A stretch of 49,145 nucleotides of DNA from Bdellovibrionales bacterium (GTDB lineage: Bacteria > Bdellovibrionota > Bdellovibrionia > Bdellovibrionales > Bdellovibrionaceae), in contig JANMPT010000041.1 in the NCBI GenBank assembly GCA_031370005.1, positions 1 through 49,145 on the forward strand, in the 5' to 3' direction. Under the pieces are notes generated by a model. It had not been told where the DNA came from. It searched no databases and saw only the letters and a list, made by a program, of their open reading frames with translations. Below, one piece after another: positions 1-8,891 of this stretch. The position numbers and the translations under genes are program-made. Position 1 is the stretch's first letter. Every line of letters begins with the position of its first letter.

Positions 1-16
1 CATATGGCCGCAAAGC

Positions 17-1165
17 CTATCCAGTAAACAAAACTTTCAATAAATAGTCATCCCGAAGGCCTGCAATTTTTTGTTTTCTGCGAATGCCTTTTTTTGTTGG
101 CTCTTTTTTTAATAAATTTAAAACCATTTTTCTCAAAAGCGAAAAATTCTCACCCGATTCCTCCGCCCAGATTCGACTGTCATCCTCATTCATCACCACA
201 TCAAGTGACCAATGCAACTTGTTTTCTATACCCCAATGATTTCGAACACTATCATTAAATTCATGCGCGGTCTTTGCGGCACTTGAGATATAATAGCGAA
301 CTTCTGAAGATATCTCGCCAGTTGTTCTGATAATTCTTTCCGACTGGATTCGAACTATTGAACTGATATCAGTCCAGTCTTTATGTGGAAAAAATCCCAT
401 CTCTTTTTCAAGATAAATTACGCGACACTTTCGAAACTCATTACGGCCATGTTTGTTTTCTTCAGCTAATTGGTAGTCGTCATATCTTAATTTTCTCCTC
501 ACCGTCGTTGAGCTTCGACGAAAAAGCTCTTCTGTTGCATCAAATAAATTCTTTTGATTCTCTTTGACCGCTAATAAATAATCAGCACCTTTTTTTACAA
601 TCTTATCAGCTATATCACGCTGGCATCCCATCGCATCAAGGCTTACAAGACACCCCTTGATTTCTAATATTTTCAAAAGCTCGGGTACTGCTGTAATCTC
701 ATTTGATTTTTCTTCCGTCGCAACTTGCCCGAGGCTGAGCGAAGTTCCTGATGACCACGCACTGACCATATGCAATGCTTTGCTAGCTCTTGACTTAAAA
801 CATCGACGCAAGGTCTTGCCGTCAATACAGATTTGATCGTTTTTTATATTCAACTTTTTTCTAATTTCGCTAGTCCATTTTATAAAAAATTTCTGAAATT
901 CATCAAATTCTAAAATACAAAATATTCGACGAAAAGTATCGTGCGATGGAATCCCATTTTTTAATTCTAAAAACTGTGAAAACCATTCTTCTTTAGCTTC
1001 AGCGTAATCTTCTATTTCTGTCCAATTTTCACAGCCACAGATAACTGCACAAACTGTTATAAACATAACCTCTAAAAAATCATGACGAGAGTTTTCCCCT
1101 GATCTTGGGTCTTCTAATATTGATAAATGAACTAATAATGGATTTTTAAAACTTTTTTTAATCAC
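17..1165 (-). CDS. ISAs1-family (H-repeat-associated) DDE transposase
   Basis: Motifs GIPSHDTF, IDGKTLR, LHMVSAW, KSNEITAVPELL, DAMGCQ, HWGIENKLHWSLDV. GTG start with GGAG at 1174-1177. Confidence 0.95.
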   Translation of the reverse strand: MIKKSFKNPLLVHLSILEDPRSGENSRHDFLEVMFITVCAVICGCENWTEIEDYAEAKEEWFSQFLELKNGIPSHDTFRRIFCILEFDEFQKFFIKWTSEIRKKLNIKNDQICIDGKTLRRCFKSRASKALHMVSAWSSGTSLSLGQVATEEKSNEITAVPELLKILEIKGCLVSLDAMGCQRDIADKIVKKGADYLLAVKENQKNLFDATEELFRRSSTTVRRKLRYDDYQLAEENKHGRNEFRKCRVIYLEKEMGFFPHKDWTDISSIVRIQSERIIRTTGEISSEVRYYISSAAKTAHEFNDSVRNHWGIENKLHWSLDVVMNEDDSRIWAEESGENFSLLRKMVLNLLKKEPTKKGIRRKQKIAGLRDDYLLKVLFTG

Positions 1166-1252
1166 GATGACAACTCCAGTTTGAACTGAAATTGTTGCAA
1201 AACTAGACCTGTTTTACACTCTTACTTTTCTGCCTGGTCTAGGCGCTCCCGT

Positions 1253-1269
1253 CATATGCGTAACCCCTG
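1253..1269. repeat. Terminal inverted repeat of the ISAs1 element
   Basis: CATATGCGTAACCCCTG ends in CCCTG, as ISAs1-type ends typically do. Its inner CATATG mirrors positions 1-6. Confidence 0.7.
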
Positions 1270-1529
1270 CCATTTGGGTGCACCAATTAATTTTCCCTAG
1301 TAAAATCAGCATTTTAAAAACCCTAGTAAACTCGAACACAAGCTGCAATTAGCAAAAGAGACTTGAACTACTTCGAAAAATTTTGGAGGGCTTCGAGTTC
1401 GCGGGCGAGCTCTAGTTTCTTTTGATGTGCCAGCGGAAAAACTCAACCTCACGAAAAGCGTAAAGGTTGACGTTGGGTCAAGCTCAAGAGGAATTTTTCG
1501 GTCATCGTGGAGCTGAACAGGTTGAGCCA

Positions 1530-1699
1530 TCATTTCGCAACCAACCGTCCAAACAGACCAGCTAACTGCTCTTTCGTCATTTTCTTTTCCGCGATTGCGA
1601 TCATCGCATCGTAGAGTTCCGTCTGCTCACCTTCGATTTCGAAACCGTTGATCGCTAAAAACGTCAACGCGACATCGAGTGCCGCTCGTTTGTTGCATC
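1530..1699 (-). pseudogene. C-terminal fragment of a Fic/Doc (death-on-curing) toxin
   Basis: Not in the ORF track. Manual translation of 1694-1530 gives NKRAALDVALTFLAINGFEIEGEQTELYDAMIAIAEKKMTKEQLAGLFGRLVAK*, which resembles the Doc region from the ..DGNKR motif onward. There is no start codon and an in-frame TGA lies two codons upstream of NKR. Confidence 0.75.
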
Positions 1700-1907
1700 A
1701 GACCAAATCCGTTCGCACAATCGCCTGGATATTCACTAGAAGATACCCTTGGGCAGGACATAACAAGGACGTTAGTGCCATCGGAATGCCAAAACGCAAA
1801 AGCAACCGCGGCACAACAAATAGGATAACTATGAGCAAAACATATCCAGGCTCACCACTGCTATGGGACTGCAACCAGTCAATCAATTGTGACCAAATTT
1901 CTAACAC
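1698..1907 (-). pseudogene. Truncated membrane-protein N-terminus, probably a cation:proton antiporter fragment
   Basis: GTG start with a GAGGAG RBS. YVLLIVILFVVPRLLLRFGIPMALTSL resembles the first TM helix of CPA-type antiporters. The frame then degenerates and stops at 69 aa. Confidence 0.45.
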
Positions 1908-2096
1908 AAAATCTCCTCTTGTGAATTTAGCTTAAAAATATGCGACATGACAGGCGCCATTCTTATAGATTGTTCTAGCGAGAACTCTTAACAGTAATCT
2001 CTATGCCTTAATACAAAAATTCTATTTAGTATTGTAAACTCAAAAAATAGTCATAGCTTTGAAACTATCGAATCTGAAAGATTCAAAAGGAGATAT

Positions 2097-2429
2097 ATGG
2101 AACACTATTATTGGAACGATTGGTACTTAGGTTGGGGTTGGTTTCTGTGGTATGGCTTAATCTTTTTGATATTTGCAAGCCTTGGCAACTGGGGTTATAC
2201 CTACCGCGTTCATCAAAGATATGATGGGAAGCCATTAAAAAATGCCCTCGATATTCTTAACGAGAGATATGCTCGGGGCGAGATCAAACGTGACGAATAC
2301 ACTCAGATGAAGTCCGAGATCTCAGCAGAGTATAAAAACGAATCAGGAAAAATGGGCGTCCAGCAGAAAAAATCTAAAGTTAAAACTAATGGCGATCAAA
2401 ACAATTTCAACAGTGAGAGTCGTCCATAG
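2097..2429 (+). CDS. SHOCT-domain small membrane protein
   Basis: Trp/Gly-rich N-terminus, one TM helix, SHOCT signature ALDILNERYARGEIKRDEY, AAGGAG RBS. Confidence 0.85.
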   Translation: MEHYYWNDWYLGWGWFLWYGLIFLIFASLGNWGYTYRVHQRYDGKPLKNALDILNERYARGEIKRDEYTQMKSEISAEYKNESGKMGVQQKKSKVKTNGDQNNFNSESRP

Positions 2430-2447
2430 TTTAAACGTTTCAAATAA

Positions 2448-2741
2448 TTACTGCGCGAGGCCGGCTTCTGCACTTCCACTATATGTAGCGATGATATGGC
2501 AAAATTTTCCGTCCTTGCCAGTCCATGCATAGTAAGGAGCCGGTCCCTTGCTATTAGGGTCAGAAAGAATTTTGACCATCTCAAACTTTCCGGTGGGCGC
2601 AACAAGCACGCCGCAAAGTTCTGCTGCAGGAGAAAAATGACTTCCTGACACTAAAAATTTAAAACTTGTAATCTGAACATCGGCTGCAAATGCAAAGGAT
2701 GCTGATGAAAATCCCAAAGCAAGCAATAATAATTTTGTCAT
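2448..2741 (-). CDS. Small secreted hypothetical protein
   Basis: ATG at 2741 preceded by GGGGAG. Signal peptide MTKLLLLALGFSSASFAFA. The mature part is beta-rich with two Cys. Confidence 0.75.
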   Translation of the reverse strand: MTKLLLLALGFSSASFAFAADVQITSFKFLVSGSHFSPAAELCGVLVAPTGKFEMVKILSDPNSKGPAPYYAWTGKDGKFCHIIATYSGSAEAGLAQ

Positions 2742-2839
2742 AACTCCCCCATTTTTTGTCTTTATCACGAATACCTTACCTAGGTTGAAGACAATGAAGC
2801 AACCCGCAAGGCGTTACATATAGCCCGAGAAAACACTCG

Positions 2840-2866
2840 TTGACCTATACCCCATATGGGTATACA
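2840..2866 (+). promoter_or_regulatory. CsoR-type operator overlapping a sigma70-like promoter
   Basis: TTGACC (-35-like) is immediately followed by the palindrome TATACCC-CATAT-GGGTATA (2846-2864), matching the TACC...GGTA G/C-tract operators of the CsoR/RcnR family, directly upstream of csoR. Confidence 0.8.
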
Positions 2867-2888
2867 CGTGTTCCCGAAGGAGATCGTT

Positions 2889-3230
2889 TTGGAGCCTAGA
2901 ATTGAAATAAAAAAGAAATATATCAAGAAAGCCGAAAGTGAGAATTCACACAAACACGTCGCACATGATCACGGCAAAGAACTCAAGCGCTTGAGTCGCA
3001 TCAAGGGGCAAGTTGTTGGCGTCGAAAGGATGATTCATGAGAAACGCTACTGTCCTGAAATTGTCATACAAATAAAAGCCATTCGAGCAGCCCTCAGAAG
3101 CCTTGAGGTTAACATCATCGAAGGCCACCTGAAGCATTGCGTGAAGGAGGCCATAAAAAGTCACGATCCAATAGTTGCACAGAAGAAGATTGAGGAAATT
3201 TTGTTTCTTATAAAGGGCAAAGCTGATTGA
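2889..3230 (+). CDS. csoR: CsoR/RcnR-family metal-sensing repressor
   Basis: RLSRIKGQV...YCPEIVIQI...HLKHCV gives the Cys/His/Cys Cu(I) fingerprint, and the N-terminus is His-rich. TTG start at 2889 chosen for the GAAGGAG RBS; the ATG at 2856 lies inside the operator. Confidence 0.9.
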   Translation: MEPRIEIKKKYIKKAESENSHKHVAHDHGKELKRLSRIKGQVVGVERMIHEKRYCPEIVIQIKAIRAALRSLEVNIIEGHLKHCVKEAIKSHDPIVAQKKIEEILFLIKGKAD

Positions 3231-3272
3231 AAACTGTGAATATCAAAAAATACAATACAACAGGAGAAAAAA

Positions 3273-3611
3273 ATGAAACAATTAACCAACCTTGGCCGCT
3301 CACTAATATTTTCTTTAGGTCTTTTGATTTTTGTGGCCTGCGCGAGCGCGGTTCATAGAGGCGTAGTTGCAATGAAGATCGATGATAGCACCGCTCACGT
3401 CGGGCTGAATAAATCCGAAGTCTCCGTCGGTGACCACGTGGAGCTTTTTAGCAATCAATGCCATAACATAAAAGTAGATGGCGTCTGTAAAAAAATATCA
3501 AAGGGTCACGGGCTTGTCACGGGAGTGATAAACAATGACTATGTTTCTGTAAAATTCGATCAAGGCGTCACGTTCAAAGAGGGTGACTTCATCGAAAAGC
3601 ACTCACACTAA
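3273..3611 (+). CDS. Lipoprotein of unknown function in the copper operon
   Basis: CAGGAG RBS, lipobox-like FVAC, several His, Met and Cys residues, ends KHSH. Confidence 0.8.
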   Translation: MKQLTNLGRSLIFSLGLLIFVACASAVHRGVVAMKIDDSTAHVGLNKSEVSVGDHVELFSNQCHNIKVDGVCKKISKGHGLVTGVINNDYVSVKFDQGVTFKEGDFIEKHSH

Positions 3612-3638
3612 ATTTATTTTTATACAAAAGGAGCTCAC

Positions 3639-5975
3639 GTGACAGCCGATAATCACACCCATCATCACACAGTAAAAGACCCTGTCTGCGGCATGAGCGT
3701 TGAGCCGCACACCGCAAAAGGCGGAAGCTCCGATTATCATGGAAACACCTATTTTTTTTGCAGCACTAAGTGCAAAACCAAATTTGATGAGGCCCCATTA
3801 AAGTACTTAGCACCTAAGCTCGAAGTTAAAAATCAATCCAAGGACGTGGAGTATACTTGCCCCATGCACCCCGAAATTCGACAAATGGGACCTGGCAGTT
3901 GCCCCATTTGTGGAATGGCCTTAGAGCCTGTTGTTACATCCTTGGATCAACCTGAAGACGATCATGAATACAGGATTATGCTCCATCGATTTTGGGTGAG
4001 CGCTCTGTTAAGTCTTCCGCTTCTTTTTATCACCATGGGCGGTCGTCAATTTATTCAGGAGCAAGGTCTTTTAAAAATACTTCCTTGGATCGAAGTCGCC
4101 TTAGCATCACCTATAGTACTTTGGGGTGGATGGCCCTTCTTTGTTCGCTTCTGGCGCTCCATCAAAAATCGCAGTTTGAATATGTTCACTCTTATCGGAT
4201 TAGGAGTCGCAGTTTCATATATTTACAGCCTTATTGCTGTACTTTTCCCACACCTCTTCCCTAGCGCATTTCGTGATTCCATGACTGGCGAGGTCGGACT
4301 TTATTTTGAAGCCGCTTCCGTTATTGTGACGCTTGTACTATTGGGCCAAGTATTGGAATTAAAAGCCCGTGGACAAACAAGTACAGCTATAAAATCCTTA
4401 TTGGGACTAGCGCCAAAAACAGCTAGAAAAATACAAGCCAGCGGTTTAGAAGAAGATGTCCCGTTAGAATCTATTCAAGTAGGCGACAAACTCAGAGTCA
4501 GACCAGGAGAGAAAATTCCGGTTGACGGCAAAGTCGTATCAGGCCAATCGTCCGTAGATGAATCAATGGTTTCGGGTGAACCAATCCCCATTGAAAAAAT
4601 GGAAGGCTCCAAAGTTATTGGCGCCACCATCAATGGCACAGGGGCCATTGTCATAGAGGCGGAAAAAGTTGGAAAGGATACACTTCTTGCGCAGATCGTT
4701 CAGATGGTCTCTGAAGCACAAAGGTCACGGGCCCCCATTCAAAAATTAGCAGATCAGGTTTCATCTTACTTTGTACCCGCAGTAATTCTTACCTCTATTC
4801 TTACGTTTATAATCTGGGCCATTGTAGGTCCCGATCCAAAGTTTGCCAATGCTATCATTAATGCGGTGGCTGTCTTAATTATCGCCTGCCCCTGTGCGCT
4901 TGGGCTAGCAACTCCAATGTCAATCATGGTTGCCACCGGACGAGGGGCAACCATGGGCGTACTCTTCAAAAACGCCGAGGCCATCGAGCTGATGAGGAAA
5001 GTCGATACTCTTGTTATTGATAAAACAGGAACGCTGACCCTTGGAAAACCGAAACTCGTGACCGTGAAAACAATAGGAGGCCAATCGGAAAATGAACTTC
5101 TATCTTTTGCTGCAAGCCTCGAAAACGCCAGTGAACATCCATTAGCTAACGCGATTGTCCTTGGTGCTAAAGAAAAGGGAAGTACACTTTCCGAAGCTAA
5201 GAACTTTAAATCATTAACAGGAAAAGGTGCGATCGCCCAAGTCGGCCAACATCAAGTTGCAATCGGCAACAAAGCTCTTTTAGAAGAAATTTCCATCGAA
5301 CCTGGCGAAGTCGAAATCGAAGCCGACGCCCTAAGACAAAAAGGTCAAACCCTTATGTACGTTGCAATCGACGGCAAGCTGGCTGGCCTCCTTGGAGTCA
5401 TGGACCCCATTAAGGAAACCACGATTCCTGCAATTCAATCTTTGAGAGACGCTGGAATTAAAGTCATCATGATCACTGGAGACAATAAAAAAACTGCTCA
5501 GGCTGTTGCCGATAAAGTTGGCCTTGATGGCTTTTTTGCAGATGCTCTTCCACAGAATAAAGCAGAAATAATTAAAAAAATGCAGTCCGAGGGAAAATTT
5601 GTTGCAATGGCAGGTGATGGAATCAACGATGCCCCTGCTCTTGCCCAAGCTCAAGTGGGAATCGCCATGGGCACAGGGACTGATATTGCGATGAATAGCG
5701 CGGGTATAACACTGATTGGCGGGGATCTTACAGGTATTATCAAAGCAAGAGCCCTCAGCGAAGGGACACTTAAAAACATCAAACAGAATTTATTCTTTGC
5801 CTTTATTTATAATGCCATTGGGGTGCCTATAGCTGCAGGAATTCTATATCCATTTTTTGGGATTTTACTAAGTCCAGTCATTGCAGCTAGCGCCATGAGC
5901 TTAAGCTCAGTTTCAGTTATTACCAATGCCCTGAGACTTAAGCGGCTGAAGCTAGATAAGTTGAGGTCGAACTAA
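3639..5975 (+). CDS. copA: Cu(I)-translocating P1B-type ATPase with YHS and CPMHP heavy-metal-binding domains
   Basis: DPVCGM..YFFCS..C (YHS), CPMHP..CPICGM, SGE (TGE-like), [27 protein letters not shown] and MSLSS. Confidence 0.97.
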   Translation: MTADNHTHHHTVKDPVCGMSVEPHTAKGGSSDYHGNTYFFCSTKCKTKFDEAPLKYLAPKLEVKNQSKDVEYTCPMHPEIRQMGPGSCPICGMALEPVVTSLDQPEDDHEYRIMLHRFWVSALLSLPLLFITMGGRQFIQEQGLLKILPWIEVALASPIVLWGGWPFFVRFWRSIKNRSLNMFTLIGLGVAVSYIYSLIAVLFPHLFPSAFRDSMTGEVGLYFEAASVIVTLVLLGQVLELKARGQTSTAIKSLLGLAPKTARKIQASGLEEDVPLESIQVGDKLRVRPGEKIPVDGKVVSGQSSVDESMVSGEPIPIEKMEGSKVIGATINGTGAIVIEAEKVGKDTLLAQIVQMVSEAQRSRAPIQKLADQVSSYFVPAVILTSILTFIIWAIVGPDPKFANAIINAVAVLIIACPCALGLATPMSIMVATGRGATMGVLFKNAEAIELMRKVDTLVIDKTGTLTLGKPKLVTVKTIGGQSENELLSFAASLENASEHPLANAIVLGAKEKGSTLSEAKNFKSLTGKGAIAQVGQHQVAIGNKALLEEISIEPGEVEIEADALRQKGQTLMYVAIDGKLAGLLGVMDPIKETTIPAIQSLRDAGIKVIMITGDNKKTAQAVADKVGLDGFFADALPQNKAEIIKKMQSEGKFVAMAGDGINDAPALAQAQVGIAMGTGTDIAMNSAGITLIGGDLTGIIKARALSEGTLKNIKQNLFFAFIYNAIGVPIAAGILYPFFGILLSPVIAASAMSLSSVSVITNALRLKRLKLDKLRSN

Positions 5976-6071
5976 TCTATGATGCGTTGCGCAATCTATA
6001 TCGCTTGAAGGATACAAAACATTAAAGTACCACTGCTGTAAATAAATAAAATTTATATATCTCAGGGTATA

Positions 6072-6812
6072 ATGTTTATGAATTCTAAGATTTTAATTGT
6101 TCATGGAGGCAAGAAAGTTGCTGCTGATGTTTATCAGCCACTCAAAGCTTATTTTCCGAATATCATTTGTACTTCAGAATTTGAAGAAATAAAAAATGTG
6201 TCCATTGATCTTATCATAGTCGACTATTCGGTTTCTGACATGGCGGGAATTTTGCTTTATAAAAAAATCAGCCAGTCAGCAAATCATTGTTTGATCCCAG
6301 CTATTTTTATCGCAGATACGAAATCCTATGATCATAGGCTCAATGCTTTTGAAATGGGGGCCGCCGATTTCGTTAGCCGTCCATTGGAAAGTAATGACCT
6401 CATAAAAAAGTGCCTATCACACATTAAAAATTGTCGCCGAATCGTTGCAGAAAAAAGCATTCATATCGCCAACCTCACCCTATATGCCGACACTGAATCT
6501 GTAGTTATCAATAATGAATCCATAACCCTGACTCATCTTGAACACAAAATACTGCACTTCTTACTTAGTATGCCTCATCAGATTGTTTCTCGTTCTGAAG
6601 TCTATAAAAATGTCTGGGGAGGTACAGATTTTTCAAAGTCGGGACGCCTAGATACTCAATTATGTAATTTGAAAAAGAAACTCGTAAAGTTTAATGGAAA
6701 AATTAAATCCTTAAATAAAGTAGGGATAAGAATCTTGATCGCGGAATCTACTTTTTCACAAGAACCGAAGAAGTCGGTCCCAAGATCACGGCCCCAGGGG
6801 CCACATCTTTAG
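6072..6812 (+). CDS. Atypical OmpR-like response regulator (degenerate receiver plus winged helix)
   Basis: LIIVD, AFEMGAADFVSRP, LTHLEHKILHFL, VSRSEVYKNVWG, LDTQLCNLKKKL. Confidence 0.8.
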   Translation: MFMNSKILIVHGGKKVAADVYQPLKAYFPNIICTSEFEEIKNVSIDLIIVDYSVSDMAGILLYKKISQSANHCLIPAIFIADTKSYDHRLNAFEMGAADFVSRPLESNDLIKKCLSHIKNCRRIVAEKSIHIANLTLYADTESVVINNESITLTHLEHKILHFLLSMPHQIVSRSEVYKNVWGGTDFSKSGRLDTQLCNLKKKLVKFNGKIKSLNKVGIRILIAESTFSQEPKKSVPRSRPQGPHL

Positions 6813-7263
6813 TTACCACGGCATTGGCCCCAACACGGCAGCCATCTCCCAAAGTGATGGGACCAAGAACTTTGGCTCCGGTTCCAATCATGACTTTATT
6901 ACCCACAGTTGGATGCCTCTTCACAGGATCAAACTTAATACCCCCCAAAGTCACCCCGTGAAAGATAATGCAATCATCACCGATCACTGCGGTTTCGCCA
7001 ATCACCACACCCATGCCATGATCAATTACCAACCGTCGTCCGATGATGGCACCCGGGTGGATTTCAATCCCTGTGATTACTCGAGAGAGTTCGGCTAGGG
7101 CACGAGCAAAAAAATATAAATGGCGAACATAAAGCCAGTGAGCACTGCGATGGCAAAACAAAGCCTTAGGCCCTGGATAGAGAAGGCCAATCTCCAGCAA
7201 GGATTTTGCCGCTGGATCGTAGGTCATATACGTATTAAGTAGCTCTTTTATTTCAGCAAACAT
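6748..7263 (-). CDS. cysE: Serine O-acetyltransferase (short form)
   Basis: DPAA, YPG, TGIEIHPGA, IDHGMGVVIGETA, GVTLGG, KRHPT, hexapeptide repeats. Confidence 0.93.
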   Translation of the reverse strand: MFAEIKELLNTYMTYDPAAKSLLEIGLLYPGPKALFCHRSAHWLYVRHLYFFARALAELSRVITGIEIHPGAIIGRRLVIDHGMGVVIGETAVIGDDCIIFHGVTLGGIKFDPVKRHPTVGNKVMIGTGAKVLGPITLGDGCRVGANAVVTKDVAPGAVILGPTSSVLVKK

Positions 7264-7269
7264 GCAACC

Positions 7270-8235
7270 TCAATAGCGTTCTTTTAAATTATCTAACATA
7301 AAATACCGCTCAAAAAGTTCATGATAGCGGGACCATTTATCACCAACATTTCTCTCAGATTCAATAAAGGTCTGAATTGTATTCATTTTGCTATCTAAAT
7401 CATCCGCCATTGCAACAAGCATCGCCTCCATACACTTGGGCCGCTTTGGCGAACCATACTCAACCTTGCCATGGTGACTTAGAATTATATGTTTACACAT
7501 ATCTTTGAGATCTTCGCTAAACCCCAGGATTCGAGAGGCCTTCTTCTCCACCAATTCGCATGCTAAAAATATATGCCCAAGCAAACGGCCTTTGTCAGTA
7601 TAACCTAAAGCTCCGTCATAGGAAAGCTCCCAGACCTTACCTATATCATGGAAGATGGCCCCAAAAATTAACAAATCTCTATTTAAATTAGCATAGTGAG
7701 CTGCAAAGAAATCTAGGATTTTTGAGACCGATAAAATATGTTCAAGCAATCCCCCGCGCCAAGCGTGATGAATTGTTTTTGCAGCCGGTGCCTTCATAAA
7801 TAAAGGTTTAATCTCAGGGTCTTCAATCACGGCCAGGATTAACAAACGAAGGTGATCGTTCTTCATAGTGCGTACGATCCCTAAAAGCTCTAAGAACATG
7901 TCCTCTGTATTTTTCCCAGAAGTGGGAATAAAGTCATCAATGCTCAGAATGCTTTGATCTAATTTTTCAATTCTATGAACTATCAACTGCTTGCGATTTT
8001 GGAAGATTTGAATTTGGCCCTTAACCCGAATGATATCACCTGCCTCAAACTCTTGATTCAGTTCTTCGATGCGGTCCCACACTCGGCCATCAATTGAACC
8101 CGTCTGATCCCCAAGAACAATACTCATAAAGGGACGACCGTTCTTTCCAACGTTGACATTTTTTTCTTTCACAAGAAAAGAGCTATCAACGGAGTCTTTG
8201 TCTTTTAATTCACGCACAGTCTTATTTTCTGTCAC
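7270..8235 (-). CDS. yhaM: YhaM/Cbf1-family 3'-5' exoribonuclease (OB fold plus HD domain)
   Basis: LGDQTGSIDGRVW (OB fold), PAAKTIHHAWRGGLLEH, HDIGK, GRLLGH, HIILSHHG, ADDLDS. Confidence 0.9.
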   Translation of the reverse strand: MTENKTVRELKDKDSVDSSFLVKEKNVNVGKNGRPFMSIVLGDQTGSIDGRVWDRIEELNQEFEAGDIIRVKGQIQIFQNRKQLIVHRIEKLDQSILSIDDFIPTSGKNTEDMFLELLGIVRTMKNDHLRLLILAVIEDPEIKPLFMKAPAAKTIHHAWRGGLLEHILSVSKILDFFAAHYANLNRDLLIFGAIFHDIGKVWELSYDGALGYTDKGRLLGHIFLACELVEKKASRILGFSEDLKDMCKHIILSHHGKVEYGSPKRPKCMEAMLVAMADDLDSKMNTIQTFIESERNVGDKWSRYHELFERYFMLDNLKERY

Positions 8236-8891
8236 AAGGCCTCACAGAGTAAGTTTTTATTTTTGCTATCAGTGATGGTGACCTGGGTAATATAGATACG
8301 GTTGTCTTTCATCACAGAAAAAATATAATGGCCAGCCAATACCGTCACATGACGTTGACGAGTGGTGTTGGCTTTAATCCCTTCCGTTTTCATCATTTCT
8401 AAAAACTTTGAAGTGATGTCGAAATACTGATTGCAACCAGCACCAAACACGCGGTCGCCCAGCTTTCTTTTTCGAGCCATGCTAATATAAATTGCTTTAA
8501 AATTCTTACCCTCTTGAAACTCCGGTGGCAGTTCAAAGCCCATATAAAAACTTCCCTGCTGACCACTCAAATACTGTGCAAGATCAACAACACCGCCTCC
8601 GCGTGGAAGATCAATAATATAAGCAGGATTCTGCAAAATATGAGAGTTCTTTTCAGTAAGAAAAAGCCTTACGGAGGAGTGAAAAATTCCAATATTACCA
8701 GCCTCAGCGGTGGATTTTTCTTCCCCAGTTTTCTCAATCAATTCCCAAATATTAGCTGGAATTTTGAAATCCATGGGAAGCTCGTCAACCTTGATGACCT
8801 GAGGACTTTCTGTCCGAAAATTGCCCGGTTTAGTACATGCAATCAGCCCACCCAACAGGCACAATGTAACTGCGATGCTTGCCGGCCTCAC
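8232..8891 (-). CDS. Hypothetical lipoprotein
   Basis: Lipobox LIAC; start and stop codons overlap both neighbours. Confidence 0.8.
   Translation of the reverse strand: MRPASIAVTLCLLGGLIACTKPGNFRTESPQVIKVDELPMDFKIPANIWELIEKTGEEKSTAEAGNIGIFHSSVRLFLTEKNSHILQNPAYIIDLPRGGGVVDLAQYLSGQQGSFYMGFELPPEFQEGKNFKAIYISMARKRKLGDRVFGAGCNQYFDITSKFLEMMKTEGIKANTTRQRHVTVLAGHYIFSVMKDNRIYITQVTITDSKNKNLLCEAL

Larger units (their letters stand above)
1..1269 (-). mobile_element. ISAs1-family insertion sequence; its downstream end is cut by the window start
   Basis: Contains an ISAs1 transposase ORF. The terminal sequence at 1253-1269 reads CAGGGGTTACGCATATG on the minus strand. The window begins with CATATG, the expected inner part of the partner inverted repeat. 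Confidence 0.85.

Noticed and set aside
1..25. CGCAAAGCC resembling part of a c-di-GMP-I riboswitch
   Set aside because: It lies in the IS terminus next to the transposase stop, and the rest of the GEMM structure is not visible.
2795..2840. Small hairpins (AACCC-GCAA-GGCGTT, CGAG-AAAACA-CTCG) in the csoR divergent region
   Set aside because: Stems are too short or imperfect to distinguish from chance.
6060..6080. Perfect TATAAT at 6068-6073 before the response regulator
   Set aside because: It overlaps the first ATG, has no convincing -35 and sits in very AT-rich DNA, so I cannot support it as a promoter.
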